DNA of 62,066 nt, counting the filler, from Choristocarpus tenellus KU-1152 (Eukaryota; Protista; Phaeophyceae), in assembly GCA_964200185.2 (NCBI GenBank). It is 8 parts of 8 records of this genome, joined end to end, with 100 filler letters (N's around TTAATTAATTAA, not from the genome) between each part and the next. Parts side by side here need not be neighbours in the genome. Positions count along the whole stretch, not along the records: positions 11,369 to 17,397 come from CAXNAD020009126.1; positions 17,498 to 21,210 come from CAXNAD020018348.1; positions 21,311 to 26,938 come from CAXNAD020010199.1; 5 more parts are not named here. One strand, 5' to 3'. The notes beneath the pieces were generated by a model. The model was not told where the DNA came from and searched no databases. It saw only the letters and a list, made by a program, of their open reading frames with translations. Each line of letters begins with the position of its first letter. Position 1 is the stretch's first letter. A program made the translations under genes and the position numbers. Shown in pieces: positions 12,800-26,862 of this stretch.

Positions 12800-15208
12800 C
12801 TTGCCGAGCTGCTTCAAGCAAACCCAAGGGAGTAATTGTGAATGTGTGCGATAGGCATCAACGATGCCACCATGTACTTAATTGCTGATAGGAAAGTCAT
12901 GAGAGGTAGGGAACACAGTTCTTGCTATTAGGCGGTGGTGTTTTACAATGTGCGCAAAATAGAGAAATTCACACATGCTGTGATGGGTCCACTCCGTTGA
13001 GAGCATAGAGAGAGAGAAGAGGAAATGGAGGGAGCAGAGAGTACAGTAGTGTGTGATGTTTGCTCTATTTGATACATACATGTGTCTCTGAACTCAACTG
13101 GATGAAATGTCCAAACAGCGCCGGCACCTTTTTGCACCAACCCTGCGATCCTTGCACACATGGAGAGTTAAATTTTCGTGCCCTGCAATTGGTCCAGGCG
13201 TTGCTGCATACCAAGGGCCTGATGATCATACTTTTGGATGGGAGAGGAGTTGAGACGAGTCAATCTCTCAACAAAGGTACTGTTTGTCACCCCCTGCTGA
13301 GTCGCATGCATACCTCTTGTGGTGACTGTTGGTGACCTTCGTGTTTGGGGGTTACCGTTTTGTACTGGTGATAAATACTATACTTGAGCATTTTGATTTG
13401 AGCCTAGACAATCAGGCATTTTTTTTTTGTTCTTCTGTAGGCCGGCTAGGCTGTGGATTGTCTCTTGTTAAAGAAGATGATGTTTCCAAGACTTGCGTAC
13501 ATAAATGACTTGATAAGTTCTTTTTAGTGTTTAACAGGTTGTAGACAACGTAACAAAGGAGACAGACTCCCCCCCCCTGTTCCACTCTCTTGAAAACCCT
13601 TTTCGTATTTAATGTGCAAGCTAACTGGATCCTTGCCCGTTCTTCTGGATCCTTGCCCGTTCTTCCGTGTATGCCTATCTCCTCATCCATAGACCCTTTC
13701 CACAAGGGTCACTCCTAACACTCCATTGCATTATAACTCATAGTCTTGGATTCGGTTGGTAATATTCTCACTTCCCCATGAAAAGGCAGACCAACCAGTC
13801 TCTTCTCATACCTCGGTTTTCGCTCAGATGGTGGTCCAGATATTTACTGGTTGTGATCTGCAAGTCTGCAAGTCTAAACATCAATGTATTCCTCCCACTC
13901 CCTTGCTGTGACTTCTGGTCCACATCACCCATGCCTGCATCCAATACACCATATTTGATGCCATTGACTTCTATTCCAACTCCCGCTCACTGCCTGGTGC
14001 TTCAAGGCTTAAAACAGATCTCACATCGTCATCTTCAGCTGACTCCTACAATGTTCCGCCTGGTTTAGGTGGAGGGGGTCAATGTTGGGATCCTCTTGTT
14101 GCAGCAACATCTTGCTCGCACTCTCTTGTTATAACATTGGATCCTCTTCACCAATGCCAGTGTACAACCTTTCAGACAACCCCTCTTTTTCTGTATGGAG
14201 CTCCCTTGCACTGCCTGCTATCACAGACCTTGCATAACTTCCCCAGCAGTGTCTTCCTTGGGCTCATCCGTAGTTCTGGTACTTGGACCTCGTTCCACTT
14301 TCTCAGGCACCAAACTCTGTTCCCCCGAATCCATTTATGGGGACTGCTATTTGGGAATTAACTGGCGTTGGGGACAGTTTATTCACAGTGTTGACAATAT
14401 TTTGTGCCTTTGCCCTCAATACTACTTGATCCCCGAGTCCAGCTACCTGAATCATGACCAACTCTTTTCCCACAGTCCGTTGCAATGACCTGATCCACTT
14501 TCCCATTTGATTGTGTTGTTCCAAGTATAGCGTACTCATGCCTTGTCTTGTGTTCATCTAGAACATCCTCAAAGTCTGCTTTCTTGAACTCCGTTCCCTC
14601 GTCAGTCGTGACACACTAACGGCATATGTTTTCAATTTTTTCACATCGTGGATGAATTCCTGGAACACCTTGGCAGTCTCATACTCGGATCTCATGGATC
14701 TCAGGAATCTTACTAATCCCATACCGGTCTTATCACAGACCATTTAGTATCTCATTCAATAAAAACTCCTGGGCAACTTGCCCTTTGCGTTGGGCCACTC
14801 AGACCAATGAAGACCCTGCCCAGAAGTGTCTCCAATCTGCTCGATGTCACCTTTGGGACAGGTTTCCGATGAACCTCGCCAATTAGTACATCCCTTCCAA
14901 GACTTCTTCCATTTGCCTGTCAAAATAATGCGATCACCCTCCTTGGCATATTTTTGAACCATCGCCTCATGGCAATGTCCCTGTTGGTGGTGCATCTGGT
15001 GAATGCCAATACACCTAGTGGTTTCATTCCCCCACTCGGCTCCCAAGGGGCAGTGACATGTGCTGCAGCCCTAGCAAAGGCCAACAGATCAGTTACCACG
15101 ACATACCCCTCGGACGTTGTGTTCACTCCAGTGGAGTGCTCAAGATCGACATCGACCCTGACCATCCTCAAGGCAGACTCCTCCTCAAGGGTCGATGGCA
15201 TCTCCTGC
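12800..15208 (-). mobile_element. Degenerate Ty1/copia pol remnant (pre-integrase, integrase core, then RT-like fragments)
   Basis: Integrase-like VCDKTGMGLVRFLRSMRSEYETAKVFQEFIHDVK (14558-14743); order INT before RT on the minus strand; many stops and frameshifts; boundaries approximate. Confidence 0.6.
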
Positions 15209-15800
15209 TGTTAAAACATAGGCTACTCATTTGATTTTTCCTGATAACATACAGTATCGTCAGTTCATGCTGAATGTTGATTTGTACATCGTATTGGTCG
15301 TTATCTCCACTTACTTCATTAGCTCATCATCTCAACATCATCCACTACCTTTAGAACAGAACAGCACATAGGAAGCATCAGAACAGTCGTTTCCTATCAT
15401 GCATAGAGGGAGAATATGGTTTACATCAGTTAGTCCCCTCAGATATTGATTCAAGTTTGTCTCCTTTCTCTTAATCTTTTCCCTTTCTTATTCTTCACAG
15501 ACGAAGTTATCATTTGCATATCATGTGCCAAATTTTGATTTTCTTGGCTGATATTGCCCCCTCCTAGGACATTGACCTCACTCTGCACTAAGAGTGCCTG
15601 ATACACACCGGGATGCAATATACTCAGAGTTAAACATCTTCAGAAACCATTCTTAGTCAAGGTGACAAGTCTCTCTTCACAGAGCATGCATTTCTTCATT
15701 TAAGCGTCTCAACGAATGGCACCACTTTCAAATCAACCATAATCTTACATAGCAAAACCTGTCGTCAGATCGACCTGAACAAATCCGCTGGTGCTTCAAT
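15209..15800 (-). mobile_element. Short LTR (15209-15337, 129 bp) plus adjacent internal region; second copy at 22574-~23200
   Basis: TGTTAAAACATAG...CTCAACA followed by a PPT-like tract (purine-rich on minus); about 550 bp of visible similarity to 22574-23150. Confidence 0.65.
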
Positions 15801-17074
15801 GCTCCGATACCTCTTTACCACAAGCTAGCCACAGCACAATCAAACACAATTCATTCGAACTCAGATTTCCACACCTGCAACCCCTCCTGGGGTATAATCT
15901 CCTGTCGCTTACAACCTCCTCTGACATTACTTTCACTCCAGTCGACCTCCCAAGATTGACATTAGATCAGATCATCCTTGAGGCAGGCCTTTCTCCTCAG
16001 CAGTCCCCCCTCGAACAATGGCTTTTGGGTCAACCCCTCGAAGGGTATGCTCTCTTGCCAGTACAATCCTCCTCTGATATTTTAGCCTCTTACGACAACC
16101 CCCCTGAGACGATATCTACTCCAGACCTTATGTACAGGAGTTCATCCATCCCTGCCCCCGCAGGGGAAGGTTGTTCCTTGGAGTTTGTGAGCAACGGAAT
16201 AAAGGATAAGATCTCCATTGGGGAAGGGGGAGGTTCGCCGATAAATGTGGAAGGTGTTGATTGGGTGGAATGTTGGTGATGGAGCTCCTGAGAGTGTGTT
16301 TGAAGCGATAACCAAAAAGAAAGGAGATGGGAATTGTAAAGGAATAGGTGCGGCCTCTGAGATGGTGGCGATGTTGGAGAGGTTTAAAATGTCTGCTCAG
16401 TCTGCATCTTCCCTCACAAATGGAACAAGTACATAGTTGTGGAGGGCAAAGATGGTGGCAAAGAGTATGATTGTGGTGATGGTGCAGATTTGGTCTCCAA
16501 ATTTAGAAGCATGCCCTCCAAGGCTTGACTGACGAGGGATCCATGAGGAGTGTTGAGAGTGATGGTGACATGGGCGTGGAGCAAAGGAAGACCTCTGGTG
16601 TGGATAATGGTGAAGGCAAGGTGTTTTTGTGTAACTCATGAGTTCCTCTTTGAGAGTGCAGGTTTCCTCATCAATGATGAGGGGGATCAGGATGGTACAA
16701 TGCCACAGTACCAGCCCCCAAACAGTTAACAGGGCAAGTTTGCAAGATATCCCAGAGTCTACTTATACTTTATTCATATAGGGTTTAAAGTAAGCCAAGC
16801 GAACCTGAGAGCCGAATGTTATCGGCGACAAGTGGGCCCATGACTACTTAGAGGCTTTCATGATGGAGTTGAACAACGGTGACCCAAGAAGAAGGAGAGT
16901 GACTCCAAAGGATATAGACCTGCCGAAACAGGGAAAGGAGTGGTACAAGGGATGCTATGGTAGAGGCATGTATGGACTCATCCTCAAAGCACGATCTCTG
17001 GCGCATGTTGGTTGAGAGATATGAGGTGCTGGAGGGTTGGTGAACACGAGAAGTGGGATACAGGTTGTGGGTGA

Positions 17075-17356
17075 TGTTGAAATATTTCACACTGGACCCG
17101 CGGCTTTGGTGCTTTGATGAAAGACAATGAATAGCTTGTAGATATGCAAAGTTAATGTTACAAGGGGCTTGTGGTCTCGATTCCGCTGACTGAGTAAGTG
17201 GGTGAGACCAGTGCAGACTACCATGTGGGATTTGCAACGTCCACATGGATAATCAGAAAAGAATCATATCTACTTGCCATACGTGCCATACATGATATAT
17301 CAAAGGATGATCCAATATCAGGTCCCTACCATAACATGGACTACCATACATGAACG
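17075..17356. mobile_element. LTR of the same family as the solo LTR at 59166-59484
   Basis: TGTTGAA start; shared CTGGACCCGCGG, GGTCTCGATTCCGCTGACTGA and GTGGGTGAGAC blocks; right boundary uncertain. Confidence 0.65.
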
Positions 17357-17550
17357 TTGTGTGGAGCTCAACTGAAATATACGAAAACATATACCTGNNN
17401 NNNNNNNNNNNNNNNNNNNNNNNNNNNNNNNNNNNNNNNNNTTAATTAATTAANNNNNNNNNNNNNNNNNNNNNNNNNNNNNNNNNNNNNNNNNNNNATT
17501 TTGTTTTATGTGGCGGTGGGAGGATGGAGGTGCCCCTTTCCCGGGCCGGG

Positions 17551-17611
17551 CCCGAATGGACACCCTGGGGTAGCCCCCCCCCCCCCCCCCCCCCCCCAGA
17601 TACTTTGAGCC
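17551..17611. mobile_element. MITE family B-type end near a contig start
   Basis: CCGAATGGAC box, C-run, then AGATACTTTGAGCC. Confidence 0.7.
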
Positions 17612-20600
17612 TGATATCTGGTATGAAGTCTACCTGGCTTTGTTGTGTAGTGGTTTACGACTGGGATACTCCTCCTGACCAATAATGAGTCCCTTGCCTT
17701 TTGTCATTTACATCTGTCCACCCACATTCCAATCTAACCCAGCACATGTGCTGTACCGATGTTTAGGTGGTACTGCATAATATTGAAATCGCTAAATAAA
17801 GCCCAGTTTGCTATCGTGTGTGCAGTGGAGAAGTCTGATGTGCCCCTTCAAGGCAAACTCAACCCAAGCTCAGCTGAAGTGGAGCAGCTGACTAGAAAGT
17901 GTGCGCAAGGATGTGGAGTGCCACTTAGGGTGACTGAAGGGTTGGTTCAGGATCCTGAAGCTGTCAATGTTATACTGGGCATCCAGTTATAACCCTAGGG
18001 AGAAAATCAATCACATCTTCTTCACATGATGTATACTGCAGAATATGCTTCATGCCTATGATGGTCTTGGCACACAGGAGTATGGTGTGGACTGGGAAGG
18101 TTGTGATGGTACGCAGGGTGCCTTCTACTGTAACCTGACTGTAGATCACAATAGTGTGGGCAGATCAGGAAGGAGGCTGGTTGACTCGAGGTCTGACCAA
18201 GTGCTGGAGGTGGTACGTGGATTTGAGGAATAAGGTAGTGATGCACTTCAATTACAGTTTTACCACAGGGGGGGTGCCATCTCTGTGGTTATGGTTACCG
18301 AAATTAATTTAATCTGTGCTAGGATATTGTGTATAAGCCGAACTGAAGACGTGAAGAGGGTTAGGGTTTATGACGATCATCTTCCTTGTGTGTGCTACTT
18401 TTTTGACGATTAACAGAGAGAGGTTAGGGTTTGGAAATTTTGTGAGGAGTGATTTTGGTCCAATGACTGCGACTTTGTTTTATGTCCTATGAGAAACAAT
18501 GCTGACGTGTTTTTTCTACAGGCTTGTAGGGGCATGTTGAGGGATGGAGAAGGAGGGGAGTGATGCGCAAAGTGGTCATTCGAGATACCTCTGGTAAGAG
18601 GTTTCAGCTGTTCCATATAATACATAACGAGAACATTGTCAAAGAACAGTGTGTCTCTACACACATCACATCTTTCACATATGCTATGTTGGCTCTCATT
18701 GACCTCAGGAGCACTAACTACAGAAATAGTTAGTGTCTGCCAAAGACTGCGACAGAAATCGGTTGCATATGACAGTGCATACCCCTTTCTTCACATGAAA
18801 GGAGATGGGCACAACAGTTTAAGCCTTGTCATGGTTGACTCAGGATGAGGTCTCTACAATGTCAATGTTAGTGAAAATATCACCTTGGGAGTCTGCACAT
18901 GAATAGGGATTTCAATTGTTTTGACTGTCACCCCTGCTCCAGCACCCGGCATGGCTGCCATGTTAAAGAGGTTATCGCAATGGGTAGACTTGCGTGTTTC
19001 ATGTTTGTCTTTGATTGTATTATTGCTTTAAAGGTGGTGTCATCCTTTAGAAAACCAATGACTTGGTAAACCTCCAAGTAGTTCCCAGGGGGAAATCTCC
19101 CTAACAATTAACCCGTCGACTTTTGCTATCGGTTTGTGCTGTACTTCTCAGATGAATCAATTCCGAAATCGCAGTAATGTTCCATGGCGACCCCAGCTGT
19201 ATATCTAGGGCGTATACTGCCCTATACCCTCACCATATATGGTCCCTACCACCCCAGTCCCAGCTGCACCTGCAATCTCTACCATCTCAGCCCCAGAAGC
19301 ACCTAAGGTGCTTACCTCTCCACTCGAACCTATCCCTGATATCTGCATGAGTAGTTGCAGAAATTTCTCATCAATTTCAGGAACAAATTGGGGTGCTCAA
19401 CTTGACAAGAACGTCTTTGTCTTTTCCAGTTGTTCTAGTCTCCCCCTTGTCACTTTCCTTATACTACTTAGCCTTCTTCCTGGTGAAGAACCGCATGGCT
19501 TCGGCACTTGAAGACAAGGGATTGCTGATTATGTCAGAATTTTCACAATCCCTTATGGAAGGTTTCTTAGCCTCACTTTTGCCCAGCCAGTGGGCCCCTT
19601 CCTTTTCGCCCCGGATCTCTCCATAGACGAGGGACTTGAGATTGCATCACAATCCGTGTCTGTGACCTCAATCGGTGCAACTGACAAAGTCTCATTCTTC
19701 CTTGGTCCCTCGGACATCTTGTCTAAGATGAGTTCCATGTCATCCAGGGCAAACGGTCCATAGAGGATAAAGACAAGCAGACTGACAGGAAACCAGTCGT
19801 CAGGTCCAGTTTGTTCCCCTACACTTTCTCAGTTGTCTGTGGGCAATGCTCAATTCCCCCTTCCAGAACATGGCATGGGTAGTGCAGCACCCGGCCCTTC
19901 ACCTCTAGATGTGTCCTGCTCTGCTGCCCCTTCCTCTCCAGGTGGAGGGATATTCTGCTCTACCACACCCTGTCCCTCCATGCCTGATATGTCAATGTCA
20001 GGGCCAGAGGCTTCAATGGCATCTTCCCTTTTTCACTTGTTCTGCCACAAGAAATCACAGAGAGACTGCAAGAACTCTTCTACTCGATGCCCCCATAGTA
20101 GTGACCCATAAGGAACTTCTTAAAAAGAATGTGGAGACATTCAGGGGTACATACATTCATAAGATGCCATTAACTTCCTTGTGTTTTGAACCTTTTTTCC
20201 CAGGTGTGTTGTATTGAGACACTTTTCCATGAGAACACGTGGAGGAAGGGTCACAAACTCTCCCACTCGGATTAGTTAAAGAAAATGGACGCAACATCAT
20301 ACTTGTCATAATGGTAGCCAAGGTTGCTCAATCTCCCAAGATTCTGTTTCCCAAACACTAGTATCAACCTACCCCCCACCCAATGCCAACTCTGCAACCT
20401 CGATGACAACAGAGAAAGTCGACATTTTTAATAATAAATTCTTGCGCCAGACTTCCTGCTCCACACCAACATAAGGTCGAAATCCTACTTCGTACTCTGC
20501 AATGAAGGACTGTGTCTCACCTAGCAGCAAAGGGCATTACAATGTTTGCCATCTCCCTGCGGATCCTGGCCCATTTGGTCCATGCCGCAGATGGGGCGTC

Positions 20601-21188
20601 AACAAAAACCTTCACACTTTTTGCCGTTGATCTTCGTAGTGTACAATAGCTCTTGAGAGCGTGAGGCTCTCCGTCACCAAGGATAGCTCCAGTTCATCGG
20701 CGACCGTGGCAAGGAACCTAGATCCCAATTTGTTATAGGCCTCTGTCGCCGGTCTGTCCTGAACCTTCGGCTCACTGTTTTTCCCGTCTCGGCAAGTGAC
20801 CTCACCACATCAGTCAGGACAACCGCCTGGTAGTCTTCCAGGCAGAATACCCAAGTTCCTAGGTCGAATCTTTGAGGACCCTCTTCGAGGTCTATTCGAT
20901 TTCCACGTTGGCAGGTGGCAGTCTAAGAGGTTTAGAGAGCATCATAGGAGAGTCTCTGTGACGAGAAGACAAGGGCAAATTGGCGTTGTGATACATTTTA
21001 TAATGGAAAAACACACACAAGATAGCTGGAAGATAGGGGACGACATCGCACTGTCTTTTGTCCATTTTGTTGTGTTTGATTTTCTTCTCATTGTTATGTT
21101 GAACAATCCGTCTCTTTGCTTAAAACGTATCGCACATATTATGTTAGGGTAAAGTCCCCTTTTTGGGGATCTCTCAACACTGATGAGG

Positions 21189-21210
21189 GAACCAAAGTAT
21201 CTGGGGGGGG
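21189..21210. mobile_element. MITE family B-type end running into a gap
   Basis: GAACCAAAGTATCTGGGGGGGG followed by N-run. Confidence 0.65.
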
Positions 21211-21830
21211 NNNNNNNNNNNNNNNNNNNNNNNNNNNNNNNNNNNNNNNNNNNNTTAATTAATTAANNNNNNNNNNNNNNNNNNNNNNNNNNNNNNNNNN
21301 NNNNNNNNNNGTGTCTCTTCTCCTAGGCAAGACGTGATAAGCACGGGTAGAAACCTAGGGTTCCATTATAATGTGTTAATGTATCCCCTGCCTCATGTAT
21401 GGATAGAAGAGATAATTACAGGAGCATTACCAAATACTGTAGAGTGATTATTCCGACCAAAGGGGGCGACCATACAAACCAAAATTATCACGCTTAATGA
21501 ATGGATTCCAATCAATCTCTTCGTATACAAGAACAAATATGGATTGACCAACTAGTAATTATTGTATTCTGACTCTCCATGTATACTACCAGTGATATTC
21601 GTTACAGTTGGAGGAGTCTATTCGAACAGTAAACTCATCACTGTTGCTTAATTTATATTGTAGATAGATTCCGAGGACTTCTGGGCTCCCTCTTCCATAG
21701 GTTAATTGGCTGAGTTGACAGATACGACTGATACATGAGGCTGGTTTCTACCCCTTGGTTCCACTTGGGGGTGTGGGGTGTGTGTTGAAACATAGAGTAT
21801 AGCAGTAGATACAGCCCAAGAAATCAAGCC

Positions 21831-22145
21831 TGCGCAAAATAGGACAAGTAGTGAGGTGTACCTTATTTTGTGTATGAGAGATGTAACTAATGAATTAGTA
21901 CATCCGGATTATGAATGGGATCACGTGTAGGTTATTATTCTGCATTCAACTACTTAGACAGAACCGTTGACTTAGGTAGGAAGCACAAATATTAATAAAA
22001 CAAGCAATTAGAAGACACCCCACAAAGGTCACTCTTCTAAGTTCAACCATGTAATCACTTTCAGCAATGGGGAACCGTGTGAGGCTCCACACTTTCTTGT
22101 CTTCACTACTGATAAATAGCATTACCTCCCAAGGTGAATTGCACA
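21831..22145 (+). mobile_element. Solo LTR (copia-type)
   Basis: TG...CA, 315 bp; 5-bp flanks AAGCC/AAGTC; homologous over its full length to the LTR at 49582-49890. Confidence 0.85.
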
Positions 22146-22573
22146 AAGTCAACACTGTTCACTGCCTGAAATGCATTGTGCCTCAAACGAATATTTTGTC
22201 ATGATTCCAGAAGAGAAGTTACCTCCGGAGAAGAGTCTATGGTCTCCCCGTCAAAGAAAGAAACCTGACGTTCTCGTTGCAAATATGAGTTGAACTACGG
22301 TTTCATCCAAGATACTCGAAGTAGTACGAACTCTTAGTGGTCAACACGTCACAAGCACGTAGTTAGTCATAAACTCCAGAGAGCAAGTCTACACGCTGTT
22401 TTTGTTAAACTAGAACCATTAACCCAAAATGAAATGGCAAAAGGGGTGGGTCTTACTCTCGTTTTTTCGTCTCTCGTAATTATTTTATCCATGATTCCTC
22501 AACCAAGAAATATACAGCTAGAGAGGCATGTAGTGTTCAATAGACTTAATTCCTTATATATCCATGTTGATCC

Positions 22574-23200
22574 TATTAAAACATAGACTACTCATTTGAT
22601 TTGTCTTGATACGGTACAGTATCGTCAGTCTGTACTGAATGTTGGTTTGTCCATTGTAATGATCGCTATTTTCATTTACCTCATTAGCTCCTCATCGCAA
22701 CATCACCAATCACCTTCAAACTACCACAATATATAGGAAGCATAAGAACAATCGCTTCCTATCACACATACAGGCATACTATGTGTCACATCAGTTCTTT
22801 CACATATTGATTCAAGTCTGTCTTCTTGTTTCTTCCTTGTTTTTCCCTTTCTTCTTCTTCTTCTTCACACAAGAAGTTGTCTGTTGGATAATCATGTGTT
22901 GATTATTATTTTTCTTGACTGGCATTGACACCCTCATAATTCATCCTGCTCACTCTGCGATAAGTGTACCTGATGCACACCTGGATGCCATATATATTCA
23001 GAGTTAAAACATCCTCAGAAACCCTTGTCCGCCAAGGTAACAAATCTCTCCTCAGAGCATGCATTTCTTCCTTTGAGTGTACCAAGAAAGAACATCGAAC
23101 ACACATCATTCATCTTCTGACTGAACATGCCATGACTTCAATTGGAACAGAATAAATCCGATGCTCTGAAGCACGATGACACCCCTGTCATCACAAACAT
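22574..23200 (-). mobile_element. Second copy of the 129-bp LTR (22574-22702) plus internal region
   Basis: Aligns by eye with 15209-15800. Confidence 0.65.
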
Positions 23201-26200
23201 GCCATTCCACACGAAATCGCACTTCATCCGATTCAGTTTTCAACAGACCCCTCATCCTGTACGAAAGAGAGATGACTAGGTGGTAACAAATGAGTTGTTG
23301 ATCCATCCAAAGACATCTTTCGATTGGGTCGATTGAGGTATTTATTAACACGTGCAGACGTCATTGCTGCTTCTGTTTTAAGCCCTGTTCATCCTCCCTT
23401 AAGAGTCTACACAAGCCTCCACTCAGATACCTCCACATCAATCTTCCCTCTCATCAGAAGTCCCCCCACCTATCGCGAGTCCAAGAGTACCTGTCTTGCT
23501 GAGGTCAGCCCCCCCTTGGTCCTCTTACAGAAAGCTACCTGTCCTCTCCTGTCTGACAATCTTATTAGTTTTCACCTTTCCACCCTGCTGTGCTCTTCAC
23601 TCATAAAAAGTCCGTTCGTGTTCTCGCAGGTACCAATTATAGGCTAACATAACTCCTCCTTGGTTCTCCCCACGTGCTTCGACACCACCTTTAGACAATC
23701 CCTCCTACTTATATCCCATCTACGTACAAGTACTTGTTCATTTCCATCCACATGGAAGGCCAATTCTCCGTTCGCTGAGTGGACCATTCCTTAGAAAACG
23801 CCCCACCTCCCCACCTCCATGCGCTCAGTATTTGTCAATTTTCTTGATTACATGGGGGCCGGCTCTAGCCCCTCTAACTCGACTCTTGTAGTCTTGTGGA
23901 GGCAAACATACGGTCTAAGTTGTGATCCAGATGAATTCTAACGTTGAAGGAGCTTAAAAATTGTGTAACGATAATTTCACGAGATAGTACTATATTTATT
24001 GATTATTTCACCTCCAAAATCACGACTAATGCCAGAAATCTTCCCTCTTCAAAATATGTGATCTCATGTTTCTTGAATTGAACAGTTAGTGACACGACTG
24101 AGTGAATTCATCCTTGAACACCCTCACCATTTCCTTGTCCTCCTCGATTTCCATCTGCAATTTGGCCTAGTTATGTGAACTTCGTTGCCCACCGATCCCG
24201 AGCATAGTATCCACCTTTCTGGGCTCCCTGAGATGCTCCTTTCTGCATTGCACGTTCAGCTTATTGCGACAGAGGATTCAATGACGCTGCTGTATACCTG
24301 TTGGACCTGGCTGCTCTGGGCGGTAGCGGCATGTTTTCTATCTATGTTGGGAAGATTGGGACTAGAGATGATGCATTCATATTGGATTCTTCGTATACGC
24401 GCAGGTACTGACGCAACGGAGTGCGAAGTGAGTAGGAATTTACGAATGAAAGTATGATATCCCCATAATCAAATTTTGCGTATGTTCACTTTAGATGGGG
24501 AAAGGGGAGCCTTTCATTTGCAGACATTCGAATCTAGTAGATTCTTGCTTGTCTAAATCTTGCAAGGAGTTCCAATGTTGGTTTCCAGATGAATGCTGGT
24601 GTCCCATATCGCTGACGTTGGCGGGCCATTGTTGTTCATGTTACTGCCCTCTCTTCATGGCTTTGTTGGCGTTCTAGTGGTCGATTAGTTTTGGATCTGC
24701 AGCAATCTATGCCATTGCAATATTAAATACCCATACCTGGCTCCGCTAGCTTCAAAGTGTACAGTCACGCTGTACTCAGGTCTGAGACGGTGAAGTTCAA
24801 CAACGATATCCACCGCACCCACACAAGGCAGGGGTGGCTGGAGATGGAGATGTTGCACCAATCTCCTAGTACTTGAAATCTTGAGTAAATGAAGGAGTGT
24901 AGCAGCAGTAGTGTCGTGCCACCACCTGACGTGTCACACCTGTCGATACTGCTACCCATGGTCGATCGGTCTTGACAAGAGATATACTCTGGAGTGTAAG
25001 ATTGTGCCACCAGACGACTTTCTTCGGACCCTTCCCTTCTTTAGGTCTTCCTGTAATAGTGTGGCTTCCTAAATTTTGGCGCATGGATCAGCAACGGCAA
25101 AAGGGAGCAAGCATGGCGCGAGTGCTACTCCGCATGCAGAGACTTGGCGGCCCTCACGGCATGTATGGGACAGTCTTCGGTGGGTAATACGTTCCAGTCT
25201 CAACCCCATCAAGCTGCTACCGTATACGTTGTGTAATTGGTCCACAGGTCGAGACGGTCTCCATTTCGCACTTTCACAGACATTTTATTGGCCCCAGAAG
25301 CAGTGGTCCTGTAGAACATAGTCATTCTTGATTGTCTGCGGCCTGTGTTGGCTCCAGTCATAGTGTATCACTAAATTGCATATACTTTTCCACCCAGTCA
25401 CCACTAATGCCTGCCATGTATCGAACGAATCCTTTTATATGGACTATATTTTTCCACATTGAAAGAAATGCTGAATCTTTGACATAGTGTGTGTAGAGTA
25501 CTTGAGTATGCCTAGGAGGGTAAATGAGAACCTCACTGCGAAGTACACAATCTCCTTGCTAAATCCAATGCAGTGTGAAGCACGATTTAGTATCAGAACA
25601 GAACAGGTTGCCCCTCACCTTGCACCACCTGCATCCTTGCGTTGATTTTCACTGCTGCCACAACTATGGCAAGTCTGAAAATGTGACGAGTCTTTTTTAG
25701 GTCGAATTTATCCCATACCAGCCTAGAGATGGTAGCCGCAATCCCTAACTCAACTGTAACTCCTCGCAGTTATGGCACTTAATACAGTAAGCTCTTGGCA
25801 ACCAGTATAGTATTGAGGTAGAACGCTTAGCTCCAACTGTTTTCAAACCCAATTCTAGTTGTATCCCTCATCCGGTGACAATGGACTTTATTCTACTTCC
25901 CCCATCACACTCCACCACACTTCCATGGTGTTTATGTTGCTGTTGTCCCTATCAGGCACAGAGGCAGTTATCCACATAGCAGACCCAGAGGCTGCCGCTT
26001 TGGTGCTATCACTGGTGAGTGTTGCCTTCTTATGGATGTGAATTTTTTGCACTCAATATTTAATAGTTTGTATCTCTCCTTTGTTTCAAACTTCAGTCAT
26101 TAGAGTACCTAGACTAATCAGAGCGTGCCGTTCGATTGTATCATCCTGGAAGGTGTCACATCCACCGTAAGTTGAAAACAGTTGGGTGGTCTGACCCCGC

Positions 26201-26499
26201 CAATATTTACATCTACGTAACTTGGTTACAACGAACCATCTACTGAAGTGGTGATTGATGGGTAAGTATTTGCAGGCCATGTGTCAATCATAGATGTGTT
26301 TAATGTCATGAACGCTGTGGACAATTTTAATTATATCCCGCTCTGCGCACTTTCTGTAGGTTTATCTTCTTGCTGCTACAAAGCACTGTTGCATATGCTT
26401 ATCAATGTGGATTAATGTCAAAACTTGTAGGTGCTGGGAGTTTGTACTCCTTGGGTCGGTGATTTCAACGGCAGCGTAGACATTATGCACGCGCTCACA

Positions 26500-26524
26500 T
26501 GTGTGTGTGTGTGTGTGTGTGTGT
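26500..26524 (+). repeat. (TG)n microsatellite; a longer imperfect one lies at 28163-28213
   Basis: Direct read. Confidence 0.9.
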
Positions 26525-26691
26525 TGGGCGGAGAGGAAGGAAAATGTCTCAACGAGCTCTTCTTGCAGTTTGTGCGAGTTTATTTGTCTCTGCTGGTCAG
26601 CCTTAAAACAAGAAGAGTTTATTTTATACGTTGTTGCTCCAACTCTGCACTAGCCTTTTTGTGTCTCCGATGTCCCTGTGCTTTGTACCAG

Positions 26692-26779
26692 GTCAAGTCT
26701 TCTGATATGTCTTTAGAAATTAAATGGCTCGGTCCTGCCCCTCTTCCAGAGCAGCGCATGGCGCTAGATATTTGTAGTG
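26692..26779 (+). CDS. Possible isolated exon of an unknown gene (VKSSDMSLEIKWLGPAPLPEQRMALDICS)
   Basis: Pyrimidine-rich tract and CAG acceptor, open frame, GT donor; no family recognised. Confidence 0.3.
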
Positions 26780-26818
26780 GTGTGCTGGACACTGCCTGCC
26801 ATACTACAAACCCTCTCT

Positions 26819-26862
<44 letters not shown>

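Noticed and set aside
21783-22346. Possible 3' LTR following a G-rich PPT and hosting the solo LTR at 21831
   Set aside because: No partner LTR or TSD is visible, so the boundaries are unsupported
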